From Desulfatiglandales bacterium (GTDB lineage: Bacteria; Desulfobacterota; DSM-4660; Desulfatiglandales; HGW-15), in assembly GCA_963667015.2 (NCBI GenBank), contig CAXXJJ010000004.1:1312001-1376000 (forward strand): a stretch of DNA of 64,000 nt, written 5' to 3'. Made by a program: the position numbers and the translations under genes. Positions within the stretch are counted from its first letter, which is position 1. Each line of letters starts with the position of its first letter. Under the pieces are notes generated by a model. It had not been told where the DNA came from. It did not search any database and worked only from the letters and a program-made list of their open reading frames with translations. Below are positions 9,597 through 19,782 of this stretch, piece by piece.

Positions 9597-11507
9597 TTAT
9601 TCTTCCGGTATACACAATCCAATGGTGATAACTTCTGCTGTCAGGGTAGAGGTTGCATCATCAAACTGCCCCACAATATTGCATCGTCTGGCGAGATAAC
9701 CTTCTCCTATAAACTCTTCCACTGCATCTGTAAAGCCTTCAAAATCCGAATAAACTTCTGCTGTCCCATCGTGGTTCAGGGTATAGAATCCTTCTCCGCC
9801 TTCATCCGGAATCACTGTCGGTGCCTCCGGGAGGTCCAGGAGATCGCTCACAACATGACCCCTTACCAGTTGATGCAGTCTGCCAACGCCCTCCAGATTC
9901 AGGACAAGGCTTTCCGCAGATATTTCGGTAAAAGGTGTTTCTGTTGCCGGATCCCAGCTTATTTTAAGGAAGGTCTTGATGTCTGTGTCATCTATCAGGG
10001 TATAGGCAGAAAAATCAGCCGGGGCCGCGCCAAAGGGCTCAACAAATCCCTTTAATTTGACAGGTGCATCTTCATAGATGTCACTCAGATCCATAGTACC
10101 TGTAAAGATCTCATAATATTCAGGGTCTGCATCATTTTCAGTTTCGGTTCCTGTTCCGGTAAAATCAAACAGGTCTGCCTGGAATTTACCTATGGACTGC
10201 AGGTCAATATCAAGCTGGGCCAGCTGATCAGTCTCATCAACCGAATTTACTGTTCCCCGAACCGTTGTCAGCATCATACGTACATAACCGGAAGAGGCAT
10301 CAAGCATCACGGTTTGAGGGTCTGTATCGGACATGGTCATATTGCCGAAGGCAGTAATATGCTGACCGATTGAGATATCATATTTATCATAGGTATCGCT
10401 GCCGGTCTGACGGGTTACTACAGTTTCATCGCCTATGAGAAGGGTAACCTGGTCATTGAAGGAAAAGCGGTTTCCCCTGCGGACCAGGCTTGCGCCCTTA
10501 ACGGTCAGGGTGTCGCCAGAACGTTCGGTTACCCAGCCGCTTATAACATCCAGATTGGCGCCCGGAACACTGGAACCTGCATAAACCTCAGTTGCTTCAA
10601 AACGCAGAGGATCAAACTTCAGCTCTCCTATGGCAACAACCGGTGCAAGACTATCCAGACCGTCCATTGCGGCTAATCCGTCATTCCCTTCGTATGAGAC
10701 ATTATCGATATTGAACAGGGTTTCATCCGTGGTAATTACAGACCGGTCGCCAAAAAGTTTATGGGTATCTGCCAGCGAACAGTAGAAGGGGCGAAGAATG
10801 ACTGAAAAGGAACCGCCGTCAATATCAACATTATCCAGCAACCCCCTGATGCGGTGGGATTTATTTACATTCGTAAAATCTACATCCGCCACCAGAAAAG
10901 GCTCAACTGTAAGTGCTGGAGCTGCCGGATTTGCAAAGTCCACATGGTTTGAGGCCTGTAAATCAAAATCCAGCATTAAATGAACAGGTATACCCGGTGC
11001 TATGGTTAACCTGCTTCTGCCTTCCAGCTGTACTGTTATCTCCAGGGTTGAAACCGGGGCTCCTTCTTCATCCTGGACACTTGCTACCTGTAAAATTGCT
11101 CCTGTTTCATCCTCCACGCGGATATCTGCAGACTCATAGTCAAGGGTCATGGTGGCGGATACATAGGTTCCTGATGGCACGGTTGCGACGGTGAGAAACT
11201 CGGTCATTTCCGTATACTGTGCAAAATCTATACTCGTGGAAAGGGGCAGCACCGATACCACTTCACCATTAGCCCTTGTCAGAGTCAGGGAAAGGACATC
11301 TACTGTATAGGTAGAATAATCACCAGCTGCGTCAGTCAGGCTGACAACCAGATCTCCTGATTCTACTTCACTGGCTGTAACCGGGGTTGTAACTGAGGCT
11401 GCGTCCGATGAGTCACCATCTCCGCAGCCCCAAAGCCCGAATGAAAGAGAAGAAAGCAGAATAAATAAAAATAAAAAAGAATTAAATGTGTTTCGAATTG
11501 CATACAT
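9597..11507 (-). CDS. Large acidic lipoprotein, DUF4382-like N-terminal domain
   Basis: Lipobox LWGC-G; VSLTDA and LDFDL..S motifs typical of DUF4382; AGGAGG RBS. Confidence 0.75.
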   Translation of the reverse strand: MYAIRNTFNSFLFLFILLSSLSFGLWGCGDGDSSDAASVTTPVTASEVESGDLVVSLTDAAGDYSTYTVDVLSLTLTRANGEVVSVLPLSTSIDFAQYTEMTEFLTVATVPSGTYVSATMTLDYESADIRVEDETGAILQVASVQDEEGAPVSTLEITVQLEGRSRLTIAPGIPVHLMLDFDLQASNHVDFANPAAPALTVEPFLVADVDFTNVNKSHRIRGLLDNVDIDGGSFSVILRPFYCSLADTHKLFGDRSVITTDETLFNIDNVSYEGNDGLAAMDGLDSLAPVVAIGELKFDPLRFEATEVYAGSSVPGANLDVISGWVTERSGDTLTVKGASLVRRGNRFSFNDQVTLLIGDETVVTRQTGSDTYDKYDISIGQHITAFGNMTMSDTDPQTVMLDASSGYVRMMLTTVRGTVNSVDETDQLAQLDIDLQSIGKFQADLFDFTGTGTETENDADPEYYEIFTGTMDLSDIYEDAPVKLKGFVEPFGAAPADFSAYTLIDDTDIKTFLKISWDPATETPFTEISAESLVLNLEGVGRLHQLVRGHVVSDLLDLPEAPTVIPDEGGEGFYTLNHDGTAEVYSDFEGFTDAVEEFIGEGYLARRCNIVGQFDDATSTLTAEVITIGLCIPEE

Positions 11508-11560
11508 GTGAACCTCCTGTCTTCAGGTAATAAAAATATTGATTCTAAAATTCATATATA

Positions 11561-11587
11561 AAACGTATGAAACCAATTAAGGTTACA
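11561..11587 (-). promoter_or_regulatory. ECF-sigma-type promoter candidate
   Basis: Minus strand TGTAAC-N16-CGTTT ~55 bp upstream of the lipoprotein start. Confidence 0.45.
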
Positions 11588-11922
11588 AACCGTCGATTAA
11601 ATTATTCTGCTACACAATACCAACCAATTAACCTCATCTAATCATATTTTAACTAATCATAACTTACACTGTCTATCCCCCTAATAAAAATCTTTTACCT
11701 GCTACGATAATACTGCACGATATTTGCAATATTATCCGGGAGATATTTTAAGTAGTTACTATCATTACCATAACATACTGCTTTAACTATATTTACGCCT
11801 GTTCAATACGGAATGCTTCCGGTGCAAAGGTTTAAAAAAGAAAAAACTGTACAGAAATGTGTACAATCGGTAGAAAAGGAGATCAATTCAATGACTGCAA
11901 AGGGTATAAGGAGTAACGTATC

Positions 11923-12099
11923 TCAGATCCGAATCTGCATTATTTCCATCTTTCCGAAGGAGCGGAGGCTATGGGAGGCGCCGGCGACCTGCCTGCAGAT
12001 GTGGCTGACTATCCGCTTGAATACCAGTATGTCAGGCATCAGGATATCGAAGAACGTCCTGTAAATGATACGATAGATATCGGAGCCTTTGAGCATTGA
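11923..12099 (+). pseudogene. C-terminal remnant of a secreted beta-helix-type protein (choice-of-anchor Q-like end)
   Basis: Frame not in the ORF track: SDPNLHYFHLSEGAEAMGG...RPVNDTIDIGAFEH*; stop codon just upstream and no N-terminal part. Confidence 0.6.
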
Positions 12100-12184
12100 T
12101 CAATTTACTGTATGGAGGAAAATATTATTTGTTTTTAAGTGAGAAAGAATATATATCAAATCGCCGAATTAAAAATAATGGAGT

Positions 12185-13393
12185 ATGAAAGCATTGACGA
12201 AACATGGATTTATAAAAAAAGTATCTTTTACAGTAATTGCATTTTTTATGCTGATCCCCTTAAAACTGTATGCGTCCACACAGGCTGATCCTGTACCCGA
12301 TGATTTATTCCCCGCGGTAAACAACCTTCTGGATTACGCGGAATCCTGTGATAAAGGGTCTCTCAACCTTGATCTGATCTCCAGGGTTCTTGACTTTATT
12401 GATGCACCTAAAGCGCTTGGTGAAACAATGAGCATGGGGGAACGTGACGGGGCTGTTTCCGATTACTATGAATTTTCTGTAAACAGGTCTCTCGGAGAAG
12501 TGCTTGATCTGGCCTACAATCCTGATCTTCCTTCAAACCTGACCCTGCCCTCTTCCGTGAGACGCTCCCAGTGGATGAAACTTAATGATAAAAATGTTAC
12601 CTTGCCCAGGTTTTCAGATGAACTCTGCCACCTGGATAAACCTCTTATTATAAACGGAATCGAATATATAGAGAATTCACCGGATACATTCTCCGGTGCC
12701 TACTACGCCTATAATGTTGACAGGCTTTTGATACTGATAAAACACAATGGCCGGCCTGCCCTGATATCTGTTTCAAATCAAAGGGGTAAATCCGATGTGG
12801 GTAGGAAAGGCCTGATTCTCGGAGAAGACGAGGAATGGGACTACATTTATTCGGGCGAAAAGGGAACAACAATGCGGGGAACGGGCTGGGCCGACACCTT
12901 TATATATGATTCAGCCTCCATACTTGTTTATTATGAGTCAGAAGCAGACCCAGGACAGGTGAAATGCGGTGTTTTTAAATGGCTCAATGCCGGGTGGATA
13001 GGCATAAATCTTGTCAAACCTGCGCATATCCGAAAGGGTATGGAGCGTTTTGCCAAGGATTTCTGCAAAGTAGTTGAATCACCCTCCCTTGAAGATACGG
13101 AATTGCTTGTACAGGAGTATCAAAAAATACAATCCCTGCCGCTTGACGAGCTTAAGGCTATAACTGCAGCATATTACAATCAGAAAAACATCAACCGTTT
13201 CCAGATGGAAAATTCCCAATATAAAAGATGGATCAGGAAACTGTTTAAGGAAGATAATTACATTAACGGGTTGTCCCGTCAGGAATTAGAGGCCTTTGTA
13301 AGCATCCAGTACCTTAAATACAGGATGGGCAAATACAATTCCATTGAACCGGAATATTTTCCAGCGTCAAGTTTTGAGGAAAGATTAAATTAG
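12185..13393 (+). CDS. Exported conserved hypothetical protein
   Basis: 402-aa ORF with N-terminal signal peptide; no recognised domain. Confidence 0.8.
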   Translation: MKALTKHGFIKKVSFTVIAFFMLIPLKLYASTQADPVPDDLFPAVNNLLDYAESCDKGSLNLDLISRVLDFIDAPKALGETMSMGERDGAVSDYYEFSVNRSLGEVLDLAYNPDLPSNLTLPSSVRRSQWMKLNDKNVTLPRFSDELCHLDKPLIINGIEYIENSPDTFSGAYYAYNVDRLLILIKHNGRPALISVSNQRGKSDVGRKGLILGEDEEWDYIYSGEKGTTMRGTGWADTFIYDSASILVYYESEADPGQVKCGVFKWLNAGWIGINLVKPAHIRKGMERFAKDFCKVVESPSLEDTELLVQEYQKIQSLPLDELKAITAAYYNQKNINRFQMENSQYKRWIRKLFKEDNYINGLSRQELEAFVSIQYLKYRMGKYNSIEPEYFPASSFEERLN

Positions 13394-13454
13394 GTTTCTG
13401 ATGAAAAGACCTGCATATATTCGGTCACAATTTTAAATTTCCTGTAAAACTTCC

Positions 13455-15476
13455 TTATTTTGTAAAAACCGGTCTGCGTTTTCCCAGAAAAGCAGACACA
13501 CCCTCTTTCAGGGCATCAATGCATGATATCTCACCTATGCATTTGTATGAAATCTCCATTGCCTTTTTAAAACTGTCCGCTGCGGCGCCCCCATTTATGG
13601 CGTTCGCAAGGATTCTCATTGCCTCGCTGCTTAGAGGCAGGTCACCTGCCATGGGCTCGGCAGGAGGTATGAACTCTGGCATATCCACAATACCGTCAGG
13701 TATTCTCGGAATCCGTCCGATGAGACGGTCAACCTCCTTTAAGGCAGCTTTAATCAGGTTCAGATACCCATCCGTAACACCGGTCACAATCCCCAGTTCA
13801 TAGGCCTCTTCACCTGTAAGTCTTTCCGCCTGTGCTACCATGGCATTTATTTTTGTGTGGGCATTCGGCCATTTCCTGTAGGGTATAACAGCGCCGCCCA
13901 TACCCGGGAAGATGCCCAGGGTGATTTCGGGAAGCTGGAAATAAGCATTTTTATCGACAACAATGCTGTGACAGCTTATTGCGAGTTCAAAACCGCCGCC
14001 CATTGCCAGCCCGTTTAGAGCGGCAACAACCGGTTTATTCATCCCGTTTATATATTCTATTACCTTGCTGTTTTTACGGCTCAGGCCCATGCCTGCTGAA
14101 TAATTACCGATTACAGGAAGAAGTCCGTTGATATCGGCGCCGGCACAGAATGCCCTTGTACCATAACCGGTTATTATAAAACCCTTTGTTGAAGGATCCC
14201 TCTCACCCTTCTTTAACTCTGACATTATCTCCCTGCATGTATGTATGCTCATGGAGTTTAAAACCTGGGGTCTCCTGATACTGATAATCTTTACCCCGTT
14301 AATATCATCCACAAGTATATCCCTTGGGAAACTGGTATAATTCTCTATTACATGTTTCGGAAGCGGGAAGCCGGGCCTTTCACGGTCAAAGTTTTCGATA
14401 ATACGTTTTACCTCCTCCTTGCCCAGATCAGCCATTATCTCAAACACACCCTTTTTAAAGGCAAGACCTATAATACTCCCCAGGTTCAGGTCTGAGCGGG
14501 TCCCTATTACCCTGTCTGCAATATCAAAACACTGTGAAAACACCAGGCCGAGAAGCCTGTCCCTAATCCACTCTCTTAAATCCTCCGGCATATTTACCTT
14601 TGTTCCGGGTTGATTTACCTTCCATTCATCCACAGAGATAAGTGAGGGAGATGGATTGTAACAGGCCCGTTCATTCAGCCGGCTTTTCATGGAGTCATAT
14701 ACTATCCTGTTGCCTCCTGTGAAATTCAGGACAAAGAAAGGTCCTGATGCCACGATCTCTTCAGCAACGCTGTCCACCTGAATACTCGTTGCCTTCTCAA
14801 GGAGAAAGGTCGCCTCACTTGACCAGCTTACAAAGATCCTGTTCAGCATGAATGAATAGACGTCTGCCGTCATCATGGGGATTTTGCCGGTACTGGCAAA
14901 AAACCACAGCAGATAATTTAAAAGCCTGTCAGAGGCCCCTTCCCAGTTGATTATTTCAACAGGAAGACTGCGCCAGGCAGGAGCAAAGAAATGGGTGATA
15001 GTGGTCCGGTCCGGGTGTTTTAATCCGCCAAATATCTCGCTGGCCGGTATACCGCTTGTATTTGAGGTAAGCATGGCATCGCTGGCAGTGATATCCTCAA
15101 GGGTATTGAATATATTTCGCTTAAGATCAAGGTTTTCTGTGGCTGCCTCGATAACAAGCCCGCAGTTTTTTATGTCGTTATAGTCTGTAGTATATACTAT
15201 GTTGCCAATAATCTTTTCGGCCACCCCGGGGGTAAGCTTTTTTTTCTGCAGGCCCTTTTCAGTATATTCCTTAATACGTTCTTCAGCCTTCTTCAACTGT
15301 TCCTCAACAACATCAACAAGGTACAGCTTTTTTTCAGGCAAAGCAGATCGCAGGTAGTAGGCTATGTCAGGGCCGATATGCCCCGCACCGATAACGGCAA
15401 TTTCATCCGGAAATGGGCGGTCAGGTTCAATTAGATAGGGGTTTCGATGGGACGGGTAAAGTTCATTTGTTTTCAT
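13455..15476 (-). CDS. 3-hydroxyacyl-CoA dehydrogenase / enoyl-CoA hydratase fusion (dehydrogenase N-terminal)
   Basis: VIGAGHIG, IEAATENLDLK, SNTSG, HFF; C-terminal AFCAGADI, NGLAMGGGFELA, PEITLGIFPG. Confidence 0.93.
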   Translation of the reverse strand: MKTNELYPSHRNPYLIEPDRPFPDEIAVIGAGHIGPDIAYYLRSALPEKKLYLVDVVEEQLKKAEERIKEYTEKGLQKKKLTPGVAEKIIGNIVYTTDYNDIKNCGLVIEAATENLDLKRNIFNTLEDITASDAMLTSNTSGIPASEIFGGLKHPDRTTITHFFAPAWRSLPVEIINWEGASDRLLNYLLWFFASTGKIPMMTADVYSFMLNRIFVSWSSEATFLLEKATSIQVDSVAEEIVASGPFFVLNFTGGNRIVYDSMKSRLNERACYNPSPSLISVDEWKVNQPGTKVNMPEDLREWIRDRLLGLVFSQCFDIADRVIGTRSDLNLGSIIGLAFKKGVFEIMADLGKEEVKRIIENFDRERPGFPLPKHVIENYTSFPRDILVDDINGVKIISIRRPQVLNSMSIHTCREIMSELKKGERDPSTKGFIITGYGTRAFCAGADINGLLPVIGNYSAGMGLSRKNSKVIEYINGMNKPVVAALNGLAMGGGFELAISCHSIVVDKNAYFQLPEITLGIFPGMGGAVIPYRKWPNAHTKINAMVAQAERLTGEEAYELGIVTGVTDGYLNLIKAALKEVDRLIGRIPRIPDGIVDMPEFIPPAEPMAGDLPLSSEAMRILANAINGGAAADSFKKAMEISYKCIGEISCIDALKEGVSAFLGKRRPVFTK

Positions 15477-15704
15477 GGAAATCTCCTTGATTTAACTTAA
15501 GTAACAGATGAGGTACTTCTGCCCCTGGTCCCGCTTCATGGGAATACTGGATAAGATCAATATAACAGATTGAGGATAAAAGATTTGCCTTTACATGTCA
15601 AACGATAGCAGCACTCATTTAAGGAGGAATATTTATGGATGAAGACCGCCGGAGTGCAGCCAAAGGACAATGAATATCCCGATGAATCGGGACATTGCGG
15701 ACTA

Positions 15705-15977
15705 TTATCCCCCATGAATGATGTATACAAGGTCTATCTTGTCCCCGTCATTTACCGGGGTATCAGTACAGGAATGAAATATGCTTTCACCGTTCAGGTA
15801 GACCTCAAAACGGTTCTGCATCTTACCTGCATCATCAATCAGCATGTTTTTAGTCATGGGATATTTATCGGTCAGGTACCTTAGGACCTCTCCGATCGTA
15901 CTGCCTTCGGCAGTGACGGTTTTTTCCCCTTCAAAATAAGATCTGAAAACACCCGCTATTTCGACTTCAACACTCAT
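15705..15977 (-). CDS. moaD: MoaD/ThiS family sulfur carrier
   Basis: Ubiquitin-like fold ending DGDKIDLVYIIHGG; directly downstream of aor; start set at MSVEVE. Confidence 0.9.
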   Translation of the reverse strand: MSVEVEIAGVFRSYFEGEKTVTAEGSTIGEVLRYLTDKYPMTKNMLIDDAGKMQNRFEVYLNGESIFHSCTDTPVNDGDKIDLVYIIHGG

Positions 15978-15992
15978 ATCTTTTCCTCTAAT

Positions 15993-16030
15993 AAAAAAGG
16001 CCGCATTATTTTTAAACAATGCGGCCTTTT
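15993..16030 (-). terminator. Terminator-like hairpin between aor and moaD
   Basis: AAAAGGCCGCATT ... AATGCGGCCTTTTTT on the minus strand. Confidence 0.75.
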
Positions 16031-16052
16031 AAGTCAATATATGCAGGATAAT

Positions 16053-17900
16053 TTACTTGTAGAGTTCCTGTGCAACAAAATCCATACCTAGTTCCTCAAG
16101 GGTCTCCTTTTTGGGTTTTCCTGTCTTTGTATCCCAGCCCATTGCCTCATAGTACTCTGTATAGATATCTTCGAGTTCCCATGTGATACCTGCCCTCGGG
16201 CCTACTGTCTTGGCAGGTTTTCCAAGCATCCTGTCAGGGAATTTCCATGGGGTGGTTATACCTTCACGCGCATTAAATGCCTGGCGCATGGTATTGATCC
16301 TGCGGCCGGTCTTTATGATCTCCTCACGATCCACATCCCATCCTGTAATGGTCTGAATGGCCTCTGTAAAGTACTCGGCTTTTCCGTAACCGTCGCCGTA
16401 GCATATCATGCATAGTCCGGCTGCATTATAATAGTTAGAAAAGGCGGAACCGATCATGTGGGGTACACCGCGTCCCTTAAAAGTTGTGGGATCATACTCG
16501 GGCATGGTTCCCGGAGGATGAGGCATCTCGCCGCTCATGGTATGACGTCCGGGTGTAGGTTCTGCACAGTATGCGATTGCAAATCCATGACCGCCCCTGG
16601 AATCATGAGCAGGGAACTCCTGACCACCGGCATGCATTGCATATTTATCAGATCCTTTTCCTATTTTCTCGGAAGCTACCTTTGTCCCGTCGGCAAGGAT
16701 GTCGCCAAAGCCTTCACGTTTACACAATTTTTCAAGAAGTGCTATAGCGGTTTTGTGGTCTCTCCACTTTAATTCCATACCGTCTGTATCATCTGTGGTT
16801 ATTAGGCCCTTTTCAAAACATTCCATGGCAAAACCAACTGCAGAACCGGCGCCGATTGTGTCTATACCGTAACGGTTACATATATCATTGGCCATGATTA
16901 TTGAATCAACATCGCCTACAAGCAGGTTTGTTCCGAACATTGCCTGGGTTTCATACTCGGGTTTGTGGGCATGCTCACCCCATTTATATTCTCCGGTAGG
17001 TGCCTTCATGATACCGCCGCATGCAATCGGGCAGCGATAACAGCCATATCGTCTTTCCTGCTGGGCTATGATCTGTGAACCGCCGATCTTGGCATAATCA
17101 GGCATATCGCCCTCGCCTGTTCCTGCCCAGTTCTTAAAGGGGGCATCATCAACCTTGGCACACATTTCGAGCATACCGCAGGTACCGAATTCCTGCATGA
17201 ATTTTACCATTGGCCCCATATCGCCCAGGTGTCTTTTCCTCATTGCCTTTGCAGCATCCTTGTCAGCAACAGGAATTTCCATGGTACCGTTTATGGCTAT
17301 GGCCTTAAGTTTTTTAGAACCCATTACAGCGCCAAGACCGGAACGTCCAGCTGCACGGCCCTTGTTATTCATAACAGCGGCAATAAGAGAAAGTTTTTCG
17401 CCGGAAGGTCCTATACAGGCGACTTCCAGCTTTTTACCGTGCCTGTCCCTGAGAATATCCTCTGTATCAAATGTGTCTTTACCCCATAAGTCTTCAGCAT
17501 CCTTAAGCTCTACCTTGCCGTTTTCAATATACAGATAAACCGGCTTCTCCGAGATTCCAGAAAAGAATACCGCATCGTATCCGGCAAACTTCAGGAACGG
17601 ACCGACATTCCCGCCAGAATTGGCATCGCCCCATCCGCCTGTAAGAGGAGATTTTCCAACCATAACATATCGGGAACCGCCTATGGCGTCCGTACCGGTA
17701 AGCATACCGGTTACAATACCCAGCATTGCGTCCGGTCCAAGTGGATCCACACCGGGTTTTTGTCTTTCAAAAAGGATCTTTGCGCCAAGACCATAACCAC
17801 CTACATATTCCCTGACGGTCTTTGCGTCCAGTTCCTCTTCTTTGAGCTGTTTTGTTGAAAGATCAACAAACAGCATTTTTCCCATAACTCCATTAGCCAT
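16053..17900 (-). CDS. aor: Tungsten-dependent aldehyde:ferredoxin oxidoreductase family protein
   Basis: KSPLTGGWG.ANSGG, GRAAGRSGLGAVMGSKKLKAI, CYRCPIAC, KPEYET, GIDTI, YYEAMGWD motifs. Confidence 0.95.
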   Translation of the reverse strand: MANGVMGKMLFVDLSTKQLKEEELDAKTVREYVGGYGLGAKILFERQKPGVDPLGPDAMLGIVTGMLTGTDAIGGSRYVMVGKSPLTGGWGDANSGGNVGPFLKFAGYDAVFFSGISEKPVYLYIENGKVELKDAEDLWGKDTFDTEDILRDRHGKKLEVACIGPSGEKLSLIAAVMNNKGRAAGRSGLGAVMGSKKLKAIAINGTMEIPVADKDAAKAMRKRHLGDMGPMVKFMQEFGTCGMLEMCAKVDDAPFKNWAGTGEGDMPDYAKIGGSQIIAQQERRYGCYRCPIACGGIMKAPTGEYKWGEHAHKPEYETQAMFGTNLLVGDVDSIIMANDICNRYGIDTIGAGSAVGFAMECFEKGLITTDDTDGMELKWRDHKTAIALLEKLCKREGFGDILADGTKVASEKIGKGSDKYAMHAGGQEFPAHDSRGGHGFAIAYCAEPTPGRHTMSGEMPHPPGTMPEYDPTTFKGRGVPHMIGSAFSNYYNAAGLCMICYGDGYGKAEYFTEAIQTITGWDVDREEIIKTGRRINTMRQAFNAREGITTPWKFPDRMLGKPAKTVGPRAGITWELEDIYTEYYEAMGWDTKTGKPKKETLEELGMDFVAQELYK

Positions 17901-18467
17901 ATCAAAAGCCTCCTTAAAAATTTTATGAGTGTATACTCTGATTTTCAGTTTCGGGCAGGTATTTAATCGATATTTTATCCAATAACTTAACTGGTTTTGT
18001 AATCTGACAAGTATTATCCCTGACCTTGCGTTTTTTTCAATATAACCGAATCAGTATACACATCTTGCATATTGATTAAAAGCTTTTTTTTAAGTTCTTT
18101 TAATATCAATCCAGACATAACAGTTTGAATATATGGGATATTTAATCAATGGTATAAAGCCGGGGAATAATAGAAAAAACAGTGTCGTATTTTGAATTTT
18201 GCCAAATTAAAATATCTAAAAAGTTTTCCAAAACTGAATCACTTGTTTCTTGAAGGGGAAGGAAAATCGCTTCCTGCAGAATACAACAAACCCGGACACA
18301 TTCCGGATTATGTGTATTCAGGCATTGCAGATTTTATAAATAACACGACAACGTCAGGAGCCCCATAATATTTAAGGAAAACAGGCAATGATTCGCAGGG
18401 GATGGCCATGATTATTTTTCCCTATAATTCATTTTTTCACGGCCGCCCAGTTTTTCACTTATATTCT

Positions 18468-19463
18468 TTAATATCCCAGTTTTCTGTCAACCAGGTTAAT
18501 GAGCGGTTTACCGCTGTAGTAGCGCCTGATGTTATCACAAAAGATGTCCACCAGCCGGTCAACATAGTATGGAGTTCCTGCTGCTATGTGAGGAGTTATT
18601 ATAACATTGGGCAATTCCCACAAAGGCGAGGATTCTTCAAGGGGTTCTTTCTCAAAAACATCCAGTCCGGCCCCGGCTATCCGGCCTTCACGCAATGTTT
18701 TTATCAATTCACCTTCCTTAATCAGCGCTCCCCGGGCGATATTTATAATGTGTGCAGATTTTTTCATCGCGTTTAATTCAGTCGCCCCGATCATACCATC
18801 GGTTTCTTTTGTAGCGGCAGCAGAGATGACAACCCAGTCACAGGCAGGCAGCATTTCCTGCAGCTGGTCCGGTCCGAACATCCTGTCAACAAAGGATGAG
18901 GACCTGTCCGGATTTCGACGCAGACCTAAAACCTTTATGCCCAGGGCTTTTGCTGTTTCGGCTATTTTCTCCCCTATTTTCCCGAATCCAATTACTCCCA
19001 TTGTAGATCCGGACAGCTCCCTGTATTCGGGCAGGTGACGCCACTTTCTATTCATCTGATCTTTAAAATGAACATTCATGTTCCTGCAAAAAGAAAGCAT
19101 GATTGCCAGAACATGTTCGGATACAGGTATTGAGTGAACACCCGATGCATTTGTAATGGCAACATCACTGTCTGCAATATCGGGATCAGCCAGAATCCAG
19201 TCAACTCCGGCTATTGCAACCTGAACCCACTTCAGTTCGGGAAGACTTTTAATCCACTCTTTAATATCTGTCCCAAAAAATATCTCGGTATCAGCGCATC
19301 TGGCTAATTTCTCGTCAGTTTTTTTCTTTGAATCTTTTATTACAATAATATCTGCTTCAGGAGCAGCCGCCCTGATCTTTTCCATATGGCTGTCATTAAG
19401 AGAGTCTTCATTGATTAGAGGATCATAAAATATTCCGATTTTATTAGTGTGTGTCTGTTTCAT
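18468..19463 (-). CDS. D-2-hydroxyacid dehydrogenase family protein
   Basis: AGVD, GVIGFGKIG, INIARG, GAGLDVFEKEPL, ITPHIA. Confidence 0.95.
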   Translation of the reverse strand: MKQTHTNKIGIFYDPLINEDSLNDSHMEKIRAAAPEADIIVIKDSKKKTDEKLARCADTEIFFGTDIKEWIKSLPELKWVQVAIAGVDWILADPDIADSDVAITNASGVHSIPVSEHVLAIMLSFCRNMNVHFKDQMNRKWRHLPEYRELSGSTMGVIGFGKIGEKIAETAKALGIKVLGLRRNPDRSSSFVDRMFGPDQLQEMLPACDWVVISAAATKETDGMIGATELNAMKKSAHIINIARGALIKEGELIKTLREGRIAGAGLDVFEKEPLEESSPLWELPNVIITPHIAAGTPYYVDRLVDIFCDNIRRYYSGKPLINLVDRKLGY

Positions 19464-19782
19464 ATATCACCTTTACGAAGAAGAAGTTCTTCCCGGCATT
19501 CTTTATTTCCCTGAATAAAATTAATCTCTTCCAGGTCAGGGATTATCCGGAAACAAAAATCGGGACAGATAGTAGCACAAAAGAATTCACCTATCAATTT
19601 TATGTCGGCAATATTACTCAAACTAAAAACCTGAAAAGAGGAGAGTGCCATGATCTCCATCAAGGGTAAAAATATAATTTATTTAACCGGAAGAAGGTTC
19701 CGGTCTTTTCCTTTATGGTTGCAACACGGTGCAAAGGTATGGTAGTTCTGCCATTTTTTTAAGACAGGAAACAACGGCCAAA

